A DNA stretch of 58,557 nucleotides, the filler included, from Platydemus manokwari (lineage: Eukaryota), in the NCBI GenBank assembly GCA_037951405.1. It is 5 parts of 5 records of this genome, joined end to end, with 100 filler letters (N's around TTAATTAATTAA, not from the genome) between each part and the next. Parts side by side here need not be neighbours in the genome. Positions count along the whole stretch, not along the records: positions 1 to 11,038 come from JBBMOY010956640.1; positions 11,139 to 22,991 come from JBBMOY010428888.1; 3 more parts are not named here. The stretch is one strand, 5' to 3'. Both the position numbers and the translations under genes were made by a program. Position 1 is the stretch's first letter. Each line of letters opens with the position of its first letter. This document shows, piece after piece, positions 1-15,103 of the stretch. The notes under the pieces are model-generated. The model made no database searches, had not been told where the DNA came from, and saw only the letters and a list, made by a program, of their open reading frames with translations.

Positions 1-2833
1 CCTGAATACTCACTATCGAAGCCCCTTAATACCATATTGATAACTTGTATTAGTGTTTATATATTATTTGGTAATGAAATATAATTTTCTTTTAAAACAT
101 TTGGTATTTTTTACTCTATAAAAAGTTTTTAAAATATTTTGTATTTTTTTAGTCTATAAAAATGTTATTTCAATAATCATTAAAGCTGATAACATTATTG
201 ATTTTATCAAAATATAAACAGTAAAGTTATTTTTCAGTGTTTTGTCACAGAGCTGGATCAACGATATCATCTAAATCTCAACAGCCATTAATGTTTTCAA
301 CAATATTGATGTTTTTGGTTTCTCAATTGCCTCAACAAGCGGGATCATCTTCTCAATCCCAGTCTTCAGTCTACCAGAAAACAGAACCTCAATCACCCTA
401 CCAAAGTCTACAAAAGTCCCATTCCAAGTGGAAAGCAGACATTGAACCCGACACTTTGTGATCTTATTTTGATAAGACTTTGTGATTTTTGTGATCATCT
501 TTGCAAAAAATATTTACATATCATTTTTAAATATTTTAAAAAATTTTGATGAATCCAATTTATTGTAAAATTGTAATAAAAATTATATTTTTCAAATAAT
601 AATAATAATTAATAAAATTATAATAAAATTTATAAATGGGAACGAAATATAATTTAAATCTGGAAGAAATGATAATAAAATTTATAAATATCGGCGAAAT
701 ATAAATTAAAGAAAATGTGAGAGTAAACAAATTATTGCAGACGAAGAATAAATTGAAGTTATTAATGTAGGCGGATTTATAAAATAATTTTAAAATCCAA
801 TAGGAAAAAAGAAAATAATAAATAAAGATAATTATTTATAATCAATAACAGAAAACGGTATGTATGCAGTGGAAAAATCAGAAAATTCGCTGACATAAAA
901 AGGATTTCTAACAGCTATATTAATGAAATAAAACGCTTTTAAATAAAAAAGAATTTATTACTGAAAGAAATTACGAGTACGATTTCACATAACAATAATA
1001 ATAGTCATAAAAAGGGGTGTGTCTATATTTTTCATTTTATAATATCTAAAATCTACATTTTCAACACAAAAACGTTTCTTTATCAAAGCCCTCTCTCGTT
1101 GCCCCTTGTTTTTAACCTGTGTGTCTGAGTAAGCTTGTAATTTTGAGTGGTTGAAAATTAATTAAGTTTTATTAAATAAAGGGGATTTGAATAAGATTTT
1201 TGTATTAAAATTTGATGTATCTGTAGTAAATTTGAATTCGACTTAATCTAGATTATTGATTTATTTTAATTATATTGACATCGCGCTTCAACTGGTAGTC
1301 GGAAACTGACAGTAGGATTTGAATAATAAAACAATAAACCCAAAAAATGTTCACAGAAAGAGTAAAGAAATGGTTTTAATGTCTCTCTAGCTAAATCATT
1401 TCAAAATGTGTTTTTAGTTCAATATAGTCCGAAACATTTTTGAGGATTTCGCGGTTTTTAACATTGAAAGATCTAAATTTTAATATTGTTCTGAAGGATA
1501 AAAACCAATTTTTTATTTAAGAATACTTAATATTATATATTTGTTAATAAATAAATAGTTGGTTTGATTTGTAAAGTCAGGCTGGCAAAAGTGAGATTAT
1601 CAAATCATCAGGTAAGTATTTCCTTCACAAATTTTTAAAAACCCCATTCAATAAGAAAATAATTTTTCATGACCAATATTCAGTCTATTTTATCAAAACC
1701 TTGCGATATTCTTTTCCAACAAATAAACTTCTGACAATGAAATATCAGATATTTAACAATACTCTTACATTTTGACCAATCATAAAAATACTGTATTGCT
1801 AAAATACTCTTTGATTGTGTTAAACAAATCTTCATAAAAATATTCTTAAAACCTACAGTTGAAATTGAAAATTAATTTGATCAAAATGTGTAATGATAGA
1901 AGATGAGATTCAAAATACAATATTTTCAAAAAGCTATTAAAAATTAAATATTATCATGGTTATTATCAAATAATCTATATGAAATGTTTTTTGAGATTTC
2001 ATGAAAATGTTTCTCCCGTTCAATATTTAACAACTGAACGCTGATTTTATTTCTCCAATTCAGTTCTGTCAACAAATGCCTCCAATAACTTGTATGTATT
2101 TTGGTTATGAAATAAGTTTCGTAAAAGATTATTAATTCTTTGTCTTTACTTTGCACCATTGAATTTCTGGAAGCAATTATATCAGATTGGTCAATACAGG
2201 TGTTTCTGTCCTGAACGTGACAAAGCTAGATTAAACGTAATGATTATCAAGAAGTTCGGATTACAATTGATGTTAAACTATTAGTGGCAAAAAATTAAAA
2301 TTTTGTGTGCAGATCTCAATTCTAAATTCAGGTACTGAGATTTAACAGTTAAATATAAAATGATGACGTGACTAAAAAGGCATATGGAAAACGCAGTTTA
2401 AGATTAAACACCTTGATTATTAAATAACCATTTTTAAAAATTAACAATCATAATTTTACATATAATTATTAAACAATTGTTGATATATTAATTCGACAAA
2501 GACCCAAACAACTTATAACATCTTAGATAATAACCGGAAATCAAAATGAATAATAATAGCAGTATGTAAATTTAGGATAAAATAGTTTACAATGCCTAAT
2601 CACTATAAGTTATCAACACTTTCATGTCGATGTAAATCCAAATAGACAAAAATCAAATTTCATTTAGGCATTTTAAAGTGTTTCGATCAAATTAACTAAA
2701 ATTTATTGAAAATCTGAGGTAATGATGTAACCTTCTAGAAACTTCACCATACAACAAAGAAATTAACTTTTGTATTTTAAATTTGATCAAGCCTTCACAA
2801 AATCTATTAAACAACACTTAAAAAATTTGAACT

Positions 2834-3037
<204 letters not shown>

Positions 3038-6000
3038 TTATTGAAACATTATAAATATACAACTCGTAACACTCACTTTTGAAATTTTGGAATTTCAACG
3101 ATTAATTAAACAAATTAATTAATTTAACGATTTTAAAGAGTATAATGATACAAAAATAATTTTACTTAAAATATTTTTTTAACATTTAACATTCAAAAAG
3201 CGTACATGAAAGTAATCAGTATTTAAATAAAATAATTGTATGTAATAAACACCTGACTCTCTAAGTATAATTTCATGAAATGCTAAAAATATTACAGTTT
3301 GGGTTTAAGTTAAATAATTAAAATTTATTAAATTATTATTTCAATAAGTAAATTTAAATCAGTATTGCAAACTTGCACTTTAACGTTGCAAGTGAAAAAT
3401 ATTAATATTTTCATTATATTTTAATTATGTATATAAGAATATGTTTTCATTATGAATGCTAAAAGTGTTAAGGTTAAAATTCTTGATGAAGCAATAACAG
3501 AAATCATACAAAGCAATACAAATCTCTGATATCCCTATTTTTATAACAGTGGTAAGGTGAGAAATATGTTAGTGACACTAAGTTATTTATGTGTTGATTG
3601 TTATATTTATTAATTATCACACTGAGCACTGATTCTATAACTCCTAAAGGTTCTCTAATAATAATGTAGTGACTATTAAAGCAAACTGTTAATACAAATT
3701 TTCCCTTGATTTAGAACTTTAAGTTTTTAACCTTAACTCAATGTTCGTGGCAGTATTATCCCTTATATATTGATGAAGCAGTAGTTGGCAACATGTTATT
3801 AATAGATTATTAAAATTGATTTTATCTGCTGTTACAGTTGATTTGAATTTGATATTTTTTCCGGTAACTTTAAGTACTATCTGATTGAGTTCTTCTGGTT
3901 AAACAGTAGGTTTTAATTTTCTTTCGCCTTCCACTAATTTAATAAAATTGTCATGTTATACGAATAATCAATTAAAACGAGATATTACGGTGTAAAACGC
4001 AAAGAATGAATATAACGAAGTGTGACTTTTTATTATCAACTAACTTGATCATTTTAAGATAAGAAAGTGCCCGATAAATAATCTTAATCATATTTATTAT
4101 ATAAGTACTCAGGAATCAGACTAAAAGAATTACTTAACAATTATAAAATAATAAACGATAAGCAAATAAATTAAATCACTCAAAATTTATGAAAAATATT
4201 AAAAAAAAATTTATAGCACTCAAGATGTGCAAAATGCTATTGTTTACTTTTAGACCCTTCTGGTAAAGGAGTCAAGTTTGCCCAACTAAGTGAAGACACT
4301 AACGATATTGTTAAATAGTATACTGGATACTACTTCTAAGTTATTCATTATTTATATGCATTTATAGAATGAGATTTATTAACTGCTAATTAGTGAGATA
4401 AATCTCAGCACTCACCTATCTTCGAAATATCTCTTCAGAATATTATTATTTATATGTTATTATTAATATTTTATGCTCTGAGGACAGTTTATAAATCCAT
4501 TAAATATTTTTTTGTTAAGCAGGATTGGTTTTGCACTAGAAGATTCAGGAAAGTGTTTTAAATAATACTAGTTGTTAAGAACCGAGCTAATACTTATGAA
4601 TTAAGGCTAACAGAGGATATTCATGGCATAAATGTCAAGTATTAATAATTTATGAAATGAACAATGATTTATTATTAACTTTAATATTTAAATTTTTTTT
4701 TGTAAAATGAATTATTTATTTTTTTATTCAATGATAATAACATCCAAAAATAACCGTGACTAAATTTCAAAATTAAAGTTGGACGTTCGGCTCAATCAAT
4801 TACTCAGGATTTTAATTTATAATATGAAAATGAGCTAATTCAATAATTTTTCAAGTTTTTGCAAGCTGTTGGATTCGGCAGTTGTCACTACACATATCAG
4901 GATACAATTTTTTATTCAATTTCTAATCAACGCTAGATATTTAAATAATATCATTGAGCTTTAATAAGTGAAGTTTATTGAAATTCCATTATTTCTACTG
5001 AATCCTTTTATATCTCTAAATAAAACATTTAATCCTTGAATCTTTTTCATTACCTGAAAATCGATAAAGTAACATTACGTACTTAAAATTCTCATATTTT
5101 GAAATTTTATTGAGCACTATTTTATTTAAATTTAAATTTAAGTTTTATTGCGTTACTTATTTATATCATTTTAGCAAATCAATATTAACCATAAAATAGA
5201 GACAGCTCTTACTATATTGTATTTAATTATATCAAATCAAGAACTATTTTCTATTGATAATTCTACTCAGTCAATTAATGTAAGCGCAAGGGCATTCTTG
5301 AAAGATCATTTAGTCAAAATTCCAGTATGTATGGTGATGCGCTAATCGATCATGGTAATAATAGACAAGGAGAATTTCTAAAATACCATAATAATCTAAC
5401 CATCCAATTTCAGTCTATGTTGCTTTTTTAAAACAATATAAAAATAATTACAGCATAGTGACGAATATTTGTTTAAAAGTATTACAAGACTGTTCTTATA
5501 ATTACAATTAGTAAAAAATACAAAAATGAAGTTTCTATGTTTTGTTGAAAACAATCTTGAGCTACCTTAATTTCAAATTTATCTTTAATTACAAATTTAA
5601 AACTTCAAATTTAGGCTTAAATAAAGAAAAAGGATCCTTTGACCCAATTTTAATGTAATTATTTTTCGTGTATCATTTAATTTCAAATTTTATTTATAAT
5701 GCTATTTTTTAATCATATTTTGACTAAAAATTCTACTTCATACGAAAAAGAATAAAAGCAACATAAATTATATAAGAAAAAAATAATCACATTTTAATGT
5801 TCATTCAATGCTTTAAATATTGATAAATTGTTTTCCTCTTGAAATTGTCACACCTCGACTTAGAAACAGAATGCAGAAGACAGAAATATATCATCAAATT
5901 TTCTACAACAACAAATTTTTAAATTTGTAGTTTTAGTTACGATTGTTTTATTATTTCTTGAAAGTTGATATATTTGTTAATATCTCACATTTTATGACGA

Positions 6001-8645
6001 CAAATAGAAACTAAATAGAGTTGTAAACCAATTTCCTGTTCTAAACACAATACTTTCCGATGACTATTTCAGTTTTTAATTTTAAGTATCTTTAATTATA
6101 AATCGAGTTAGTTAAATACAGATATATTTAATAATATCATTGCTTGTTTTTATAAAATAATTGTAAAAATCAATGGTTATGTCTCAATTTGCTTCTAATG
6201 TTAAAAAAAATGGATTCTCATTAACTTTCAATAAATTGCAATTCGATCTAATTTGATCTCTTTCAAATAATCAAATTTTAGGAGATTTTGAAGGTCATAT
6301 ATATGTATTTTGATTTCAAGCAATAGAATAACTCTTAAGTAATTAAAAACAAAATTCCAAATGTTTTTAAAGAATATATTTAAATAAACTATATAACTAT
6401 AACCTCACTCTAATAAAGGGAAACGTCTATTAGGGCAATCTGGTTGTATTAAGCCAAAACATACTAGATTAAGTAAGCAAATAGCAGCATGCAGCTGTAG
6501 GATAGGACACGGCCCTAGAATGCAACTTTTTACTCGAAAGACTCATCAATATATAAAAAACCGTGAAGGATTCTAGCAGATATTCCGAATTGGGAAATGT
6601 TCAGAACTGAATTGTCAGTGATTAATTTAAAAAAATTAAAAATTTAAAAATGATGATTTAAAAATAAATAATAATATACGTATTTATAATAAAGTAATAA
6701 TAATGAATAATAATTGGTATTAAAAATAATGAAAAGGTTTATTAAAACGAATTTTCGCATAAATAAATGAAAACCAAATGGATTATCCTGAAAAAATCTA
6801 ACATCATAAAAAATAAATCATGAAGGTCATTTAGATAATCTTAAAATAACCAATTTTGTATTCTATTTGAAACCAAATAAAATAATAATGTAGGTCAACT
6901 AGATGAGCTTGAGATGAGCTATAAATAAATTTGTGAGTACAGTGACCTTGAAATTTATTGTAGATACAAAAATAAAATTATTTAATTTTTTGAGAAGAAA
7001 AATACTAATAATTTCTTATTGATGAAGAATCATGCATTTGACAGCGACCTTACATATACAGAGTAAAACGAAGAACGACACAATTCCAAGCAGCGACTTC
7101 AGACAGTTTTCTATGAATTTAAAGCAACTCTTTTCAAAGAAACGATTTCATAAGAGTACATCTGACGAATCAAATTCAGTTAGCTTATCACAAAATGTTT
7201 GAAGTGAACTCATTGAACTATTGTTTGAAGAATATTAATTGTGTAGACACAGAAATATTTTTTATCTAAATTTATAAGGCTAGTTGATCCTAACTCTTCT
7301 TTATTATACTGACTATAATATAATCTAAATTTAAATTTGCAACAGAGCAAGGCACTTTCCAACATGCATAGTTATCGTATTACACTACCAATAACTGTTT
7401 GAGATAAATTGTGTCAAAATGTGTTTGAAAATCATTATATTAATTTGATTGCCATTATAATATTTCGTGTGATCTGATAGTATTTAATAGGTGAATTACC
7501 CTATCGATTGAATCAATTGTTTTTTTCGGACAAGGAATCCAAGGTCCATCAGCTTATCTCACAAGTATTATTGTGTAAGATTCAATAAACGTGTTTTTTG
7601 AGGACTTGATAATTTTTAATTCATCACTGTAGTTTATATCGAATGAATATTTTAGTTTTTTACAAAAGACTTCTGATTTAAATAGAGACTGATATAGACA
7701 TCGGGAAATCTTGCGTCCAGCAGGAATAAATACAAAATTTCTATTGAATTATGATTTTGTGACTTGATTAAAACAAATCGTTAATATCAAGACCCAACAA
7801 TGAATAAATTTTAATATAAAACATTAAAGTTCTTAGTATAAAATCAGGTGTGAAGTCACTACAGGATACTGTTAGACCACTTTTTGAAATTTGTTTAAAT
7901 CAGTGGCAAGCATTGACGATCTCAAGTTGATTCATTAAATTCGAATTTTAGTACTTTAATCCACAAAGCTACAGGATAATTTCGGTTGTAGACTTTTATT
8001 TTGTAATTGCTGAACATTTCCATTTCTCAGCACTAATTAAATGAAAAAACACAACCGTTTCCAATATGCTCAGTCCTATATGGCTTAAATAACTAATATA
8101 GGTTTTTTAATTGTCCAATCGTACTCGTTATCAGAGTAAATGATCAATATATTTAGGAAAAACAAATTCCTATCAACATTTAATTTCATTTTTTACAATT
8201 TTTTCGTGATTTGATGTTTTATGTCAAAGACAATTTTCTATCATATTTCGGAATTAAAACTTGCTAATAGATAATAAGATCAATCATAAATAACAATGAG
8301 AACTAATCGTAATAACGAGAAATGGGTTGTGCATTTGAATTGTATTTCTCTAAAAGGAAATAGTTCCGATAAATAATTAAAATTTAAAAACAATTAACTG
8401 AAATATGTTAAATATGACAATGGTTTTTCCACATCTCTAACTGCCATGATACAAAATGAACTTTTGTTTATATTTATTATATTAATTTTTTATTTAATAT
8501 ATTATTAGATTGTAAATTTTAACATTTTGGAAATCAAATTGAATTTCATCTGTAGTATTGAGAACAAATTCGTTTTGTCATATTTTCGATTTCATATTCG
8601 TCACATCATCAAAAGTTGATTGAGTTTATCTGGAGATTATTCACT

Positions 8646-9101
8646 GGTTAGGCCAATATCACATGTGACTGATTAAATTTCTATATATTATGAGGGTACT
8701 ATCATCTAAAAGTATTGTGAAGAATGTGAATAAAGGATTAAAATAAATATAGAGACCCTGGGAAAAACCCTCAAAAGGCCGATACAGACAGACACTATGA
8801 GCTCAAGTGCTAGAAACCAATTAGATGCTTCAAAACTATCAGAACATAAATAGAACAACAGATAATGAGTAATAAAAGAAAATCTACCCATGGGCCAGCC
8901 TTCAGACGATTCTAACGAATCAGTGGCTCTTATGGTCGATTCCATTATGATTTGACATTTGACTTTATGGACTTTTGCTTTTCTGATTAATTATGATTAA
9001 CTATTTTTGAGTGTTGTACGTTGACTAACTTATTGAATTTGCACGATATGTTGTTTTACAATTATAATTTTTAGAATTTAGCTCCAGCAACTATTCTAAC
9101 A
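8646..9101 (+). mobile_element. Degenerate solo-LTR-like element (family A, copy 1)
   Basis: Shares the block AAAAGGCCGATACAGACAGA...AACCAATTAGA with 21142..21683 and 29451..29974. Ends in CTAACA; the start GGTTAG is one mismatch from the complementary TGTTAG. Shorter than the other copies and without a clean target-site duplication (TSD). Confidence 0.5.
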
Positions 9102-11038
9102 GTACTATTTATTTACGGCCCAGTATTCATTCAAATCGACGAAGCCTATTCCCATATATCCACTGCTACTTCTACAGTTTGTTACCATTGCTGCAAATTC
9201 GTTTGATTAATGTTTAGATCTTTAATTTCGTAGGCGCTACCCAGTTACTGGAGTATTATCATAGTTGCATGATTGATTTTGTTTCTTACTCTCAACATAT
9301 TTAATTTGTATTGTGATCTGACTTATTAATTGTTATTTAATTCTAAATTAAAAATTCACAAAAACTATAGCGCATTCGTGCTGTACTTTTGGAAACTAAA
9401 CTATCCCATCACTTTTACGATAATAAAACATTAATATCGTTAATCATAATATTGATGGAATTCGAAAGCGGCGTTGATTGGGTTCGTACTAAAAATGGAG
9501 ACTAAGTGACAATAAAATGACTGAATTTATTAGTTAAACCAGAATCGATTATAGATGAATAAATTTCGACAATTATTTGAACCTTTATTGAATGTATGCT
9601 ATAAATAAGAACATTAATAGAAACAAATAAAATTTTATTTACAAATAAATACATGATATCACTAATAGAAAATAACAATTGTGTAACGTGATTATATGTA
9701 TGCATTTGTCTTAATCTGAAAGAGATTTACCAAACACTGCTAAGAACTGGTGGATCCAAACTCGGATGTAAAACAGCTTCATGGAAGGAGTGTATTTCAA
9801 ATGACGATTAATCTCCTAACGGGCATTATCAAGGAAAAATTTCTTGATTTATGATAAATGAATGTATTTACTTAATATTTTCGTAGAATTGAATTGTTTG
9901 ATTTGATTTGTGGAATTTCTTAGAATTCATTGGATAAATTGAATTATCTTCGAGCAAATATTTCTTTTTGCTTTGTTTCGTATACCCAAATTTCTCGTTT
10001 CTTGTGCTAATAAAGTTTTATGCAATGTGGTATTTTCGGAAAAAGTGTTTATTATTCTATTTTACTTCGATTTTCTCAAATTGTTCACTTACATGACAAA
10101 TATATTATCAGGTCTGGTCTCAAGTCAAAGAATATAAGTAAAAATATAAGTTTTATCACCATGAAATGTGCACTTATAAATTATAAGTCATCACAAAAAT
10201 ATTTTTATTCAATCAGAATTCTCAAAAATTTTAAGTATTTAATCTTGAGAAAATTTTTATTTAAAATATTTTTCATTATAATTTGAAGCCAATCATTTAT
10301 TCTTTATTAATTATTGAAATCTGTAAGCGAATTCATGGTATACTGATTTCACACCCGAACTAAGTAAAAGTAATTTAAAAATTAAAATTGAATTTACAAG
10401 ATAATTTTTTCATTTTTTATATTTTGTTGCTTAACGATGAATGGCAGGTATCGAAAATGCTTAAAATTAAAAATCAAATTTGATAGAAATATTCTTAATG
10501 AGTTTTACTTTTGAATTAAGAGTCAAAGAACGATTGATTTAATATTCGTTTTTTATTATTTATATTATTGTTAAATTTGATTTGTGTTTGAATAACGGTG
10601 GGATTGAAATATGAAGTTTATGTTATGAAAGATATTTGAGAAAGAAATGAAGATGGATCTTCAGTAAAAAAATAAACAACTATTATATATATAAACTACA
10701 ATTCTTTATTTACATTTTATGTGAGATTTATGCATTTATTTTCACCAATATGAACACAATATTTGTCATAATATTTTAAAAAAATAAAAGAAAATTAAAA
10801 TGTTATTGTTTCAAAAATATTAATTAAATCAAAAAATATTAGTACTTTCACATAGTTTAGATACATTAATACTAGCAAAAATAACTTACGATAGAGAAAT
10901 TAAATAAAATTTAATTACATTGTGGTTTTATTTACAAAATTACAAGTTGTACTTGAAATCAAATTAATTTCAAAATTATTTAATTAATTTACCTCAATGA
11001 AAAATATAAAATCAAATTTAAATTAAATTAAATTAAAT

Positions 11039-11138
11039 NNNNNNNNNNNNNNNNNNNNNNNNNNNNNNNNNNNNNNNNNNNNTTAATTAATTAANNNNNN
11101 NNNNNNNNNNNNNNNNNNNNNNNNNNNNNNNNNNNNNN
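11039..11138. other. Artificial contig-joining spacer (44N-TTAATTAATTAA-44N)
   Basis: Exact 100-nt spacer containing a six-frame stop linker, identical at four places in the window. Confidence 0.97.
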
Positions 11139-12033
11139 TGGACAAAATGTATAGAATCATATGGCCAATACTTTGAATAAATAAATTTTGTTTTGTTTGT
11201 GTTTTGTTTTTTTTTTGTTTAGCGAAAAAACCGGAAAGGAATTACCGACACACCTGGTATTTTATTTTAATTCTATTATTTTTAGACATTTTCAGAAATT
11301 CAGAAATAATTTTGGAATTTCTATATATTATTAACACACTAAAACAAATTTTAAATTTTATAAGTTAATTTTTATTTCCGTTATTATTGCTATTTGAAGA
11401 GCGCTATTTATTATTTTTGTTGTCCAATTATATTTTTACTTTATTTTTAAGTTTATTTTTATTAAAAATTTTCGTTAATTTCAAATTAACATTTTTGACA
11501 AAACACATTATACATCAAATACGATATACATTTACAACCGAGGAAAGATTTGAGAAATACAATAATAAAAGACAAAGATTATAGATAAATGAATTAAATC
11601 ACAAAATGTAAATATCGAACTCCTCATTAATGTCCACTTGTTTGTGGAGTTCCCACTACCTCAAATTTTCCATTATTGAGTCTTCTGGGATTGTCGGCTC
11701 TTTTTTGACTTTGTCCTTTAGTTCGCTTCGGCCGACTTTCTCGGGCTTATCCGGCGATAAACTATTCCATCCCAGTTTCCGTTCTCATCCAATGCTATCT
11801 TCTCGTCGTTGTTTGAGGTACTTAGGGCATTTGTGATACTTTATACTTTAAATAAAAAAATAAATATGAAAAAAGTTATACAACAAATTATTCAAAAGAA
11901 ATATTTATTATAAGTGAAGTTTGTAAAATGAAATTTATCACTTATAGATTAATTGATTAAAAGGGTGAAGAAATTCTTCGGAGATTTTATCAAAATGAAT
12001 TTATTAAAATAAATGTTTGAAATTTAAAAAATT

Positions 12034-12915
12034 TTTGTCGATGTTTTGTCGATGAAGAGTCACTGACACATGTGTTACAGTTATGTTTGCCATGCATGGT
12101 TATTATTGTTTAAAGACACGATGACTGTCCGAGATTGGTTCACTGATTTCTTAATTCACTAGATGTTATGGTCAATATAAGGAAAACAATGTCTTGTATT
12201 AAAAGGTGTGGCACTGTTTCAAGGCTTATTGTGGAACAGCTTATATCATCGGATATTTGGGTAGATATCAAATGCCCGCTTCACAAGGATCAGCTGATAG
12301 AACAAGCTGATGAAGGGAACTTGGCTCATTTACTAATGGATATAGTACAAAACAAACCTCATTGTACTGTAACTATTCATACTATTGTGATGGGGGCTTT
12401 GAGCTATGTTCCGCAGAAGACTCTCAATGACCTCAAAATCATAGTAATATCGGACAGGAATGTCAAAAAGCTCGTAAAATTACTGTCCGCATCAAATATC
12501 CGATATTCTGTTAGGATCTGGGATCACCATCAGACATGGATGCTTCTTAACATGAAGGATGGATCATACCTACAAGTTAGAGGATATTCTCAACTTCTTA
12601 GTCACGGTCTTCGAGCTCAAACTCACCAGGCACTCATGTAAATTCCAGTGACCGAAAACTGTTATCTTTAAGCTTTAATGCAAAACAGAAGATAACACAT
12701 TCTTCTCATCGTTCTTCGAGCCTTTGGACACAAGACGTTGAGCAAGATCTTCCAATTCAAGTTGTAACCTCTCCGGATGACCAATGATGTCCTTCAATTT
12801 ACCATTAGTGTATGTAAATTTGTTTTCATTTTCAATGTACGTTTTTAACCCCGGTTATTCCTACTACTTTCATTAACCGATTTAACATTAAAGCACGCTA
12901 TAATATTTAATAAAA
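12034..12915 (+). mobile_element. 5'-truncated, decayed non-LTR retrotransposon of the RLE type (R2/R4/NeSL-like): CCHC knuckle, endonuclease C-terminus and 3'UTR
   Basis: From 12034 the frame reads FCRCFVDEESLTHVLQLC...*RHD, the Cys/His knuckle plus RHD motif that precedes the RLE domain. The ORF at 12168..12641 then gives VDIKCP...IHTIVMGALSYVP...KKLVKLLSASNIRYSVRIW, typical of the RLE C-terminal end. The catalytic PD is not visible (SRLIV) and there is an in-frame stop. The 3' boundary near AATAAA at ~12909 is approximate. Confidence 0.75.
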
Positions 12916-13773
12916 ATGTACTCCAGATTGTATCCACTAATAACGAAATACGTGATACAAAATTACAGAAATATATTAGGAAATTTTAAAAGATCAATAT
13001 TTTTCCATTTACTACATACATTTTACTTATGTTGAATTCATTTAAGCCTTCCCTGATAATTAAAATATTCATACATAGCTAGATTATTATTAATCGTGTA
13101 GAAATCACTATAAGTAGACACACTCAATTAACCAATCTTATGCTTCGGTTTAAATCCTACTCATTCAAAATATCTGATTTACAAATCTATTTTAAAAATT
13201 GCATTGAGAAAACAGAATATGCAGAAGTCAGAATTTTTAAACGTTTTCATATCTTTAGAGTGAGTAAAAAATTATGCAGCGCATTTCTTTATACTGTTCT
13301 TTAGGCTGGAATTTCGAATAGCAGAATCATTTGTTATGTGCGGATTCATGGTACATTCTATGTATATACTCATATTTTGTGCATCAATAATACATATATT
13401 TATGGTTTGAGTTATAAACCATCTTTTAAGTAGTTAACAACAATAATTTTTATTTGCTTAATCCTTAATAATTATCAACCGACAAACCATTTATTTTTAA
13501 AAAAATCTTAATTTAAATAATAAAATTCATGAAATCAGCAGAAAAATTAAATTCAATCGAAAAGGAAAAAATTTATTTCGGTAATAATTATGAAAGTTTT
13601 TATATAATTATATAATTTTAAATTCCAGATTTAATGAGTAATTACAGAAAGTAACTACAATATTTTTCACAGAAAGAGGCGGGCAATATTTGTTTAACTG
13701 AAACGAATTTACCTAAATTTTGAAATATCATTTCGTTCTGGCTACTATTAGTAATTGTTCATATAATGATTAA

Positions 13774-15103
13774 TCAAATAAAGTCATATTTTAGTGGTAA
13801 CGTGGGAGTACCACTATACTGGGTATTATCAATTGAACGTTCTCGTTTGCCGAAATTTTTCTCTTTATGCTTCTCTTTGTAAATATTCCACAACTCTGTC
13901 ACAATATCAGCCGTTATTAAATCACCAGCATTGATGGAAAACATTCTTAAAATGAAAACACCATCTTTTCTCAAGAAACCGCTGAAGAATGATTTCAGAC
14001 AATCGTTATCATCTTCGGAATATTGTTCTCGAATTCTTAGAAACTTCTTCAAAAAACCTACCTGTGAAGTCGATACGAAAAGTCTGTAGATCCATTGTGC
14101 AAAACTTAAACAAGTAAAAGTAATGACGATAATCGTCCAAAACCATAGAAAAATATAAATTTTTTCGTTTAACATATTGATCGGTAAGGCACATTGGGCT
14201 AAATATTCATTCGTCATACCAACATGTCGAATATCTTTCACATAACAATATGTTACTCGAGGAAATATGAGAGTGTCATTCCATTCTTTACCACTCAAAA
14301 TATTATTTAATACTGTAAAACCAAAATTTGTTTCACTCTGACCGAACTTCAGAAAACGTTGCATAAGAAAAAGTTGTCCTATAGCATTGATCATATAAAG
14401 GAGTTTAATAAACATGTATTGAGCAATAAGTTGTCTTCCACTCCTTTTTCCGGAACATAGCCACGATTTCGTTGATGATAGTTTCGACATGATTATTTTA
14501 CTGTGAAATGAAATCTTTCGATGAGAAAATAGAAGATTTTCCAAATTCAAAGCAATCTGGTTTACAGTGGTTTTTTTCTGATCACCAGTTTGGTTGGTTG
14601 CTGCATTTGCCATTTCAACCAAACCTTCCAGGTCGGTTCCGGAAAGATTATATGTAATCATTTGCCAAAAAACTCTGGGTAAATAAAACAGAATTCCTTG
14701 TAATGCAAGTACAAATGGAACCCATTGATAATAATCTAAATATTAAATATATTAATATCAAACTTTAATCAAGTTATAAATCTTTACTAATTCGATAATT
14801 ATTATCGAGGTACTCCCAAGCCAATTCATCTTTAGGCCAATGGTTGCTATGATTCATTGGGATAGTACCATGAACCCAACAATAACTTTTAAGAAAATCA
14901 TCAAAATCTTTTCCAGTGGGTTGGACAGGAATATAGCAGGCAATGGAGGTTAATAAATAACTTTTTACTGTGATAACAATTGTTAAAAGAAGCAGAATCG
15001 ATGTCGAGAAATTGAAGCTGAGTTTATCAGCAAAATCCTCCATTCCGACAAAGTCTGCCCACTTGTATTTCGTGGCATAATCGATGAATTCTGAAAGCAC
15101 CAT
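13774..15103 (-). CDS. inx: Innexin (invertebrate gap-junction protein), 425 aa, 2 coding exons
   Basis: Exons 15103..14788 and 14735..13774, separated by a 52-nt GT-AG intron (14736..14787). The splice restores the signature NYYQWVPFVLALQG. Also present: SYCW, FPRVTYC, QCALPINMLNEKIYIFLWFW and FLRKDGVFILR. Confidence 0.96.

Noticed and set aside
237-498. Overlapping 74/75-aa ORFs in a GC-richer patch
   Set aside because: No recognisable motif or consistent splice model; it may be an exon or repeat fragment but cannot be supported.
1600-2160. Possible minus-strand exons, including ORF 1944..2159
   Set aside because: Splice-like sites exist, but I could not build a stop-free, recognisable protein.
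7020-7230. Harbinger-like transposase remnant (SSDFRQFSM)
   Set aside because: Too short and broken; no catalytic motifs or TIRs.
11083-11094. Regularly spaced TTAATTAATTAA palindrome as a biological repeat or CRISPR-like array
   Set aside because: It is always centred in N runs of identical length, so it is an assembly linker.
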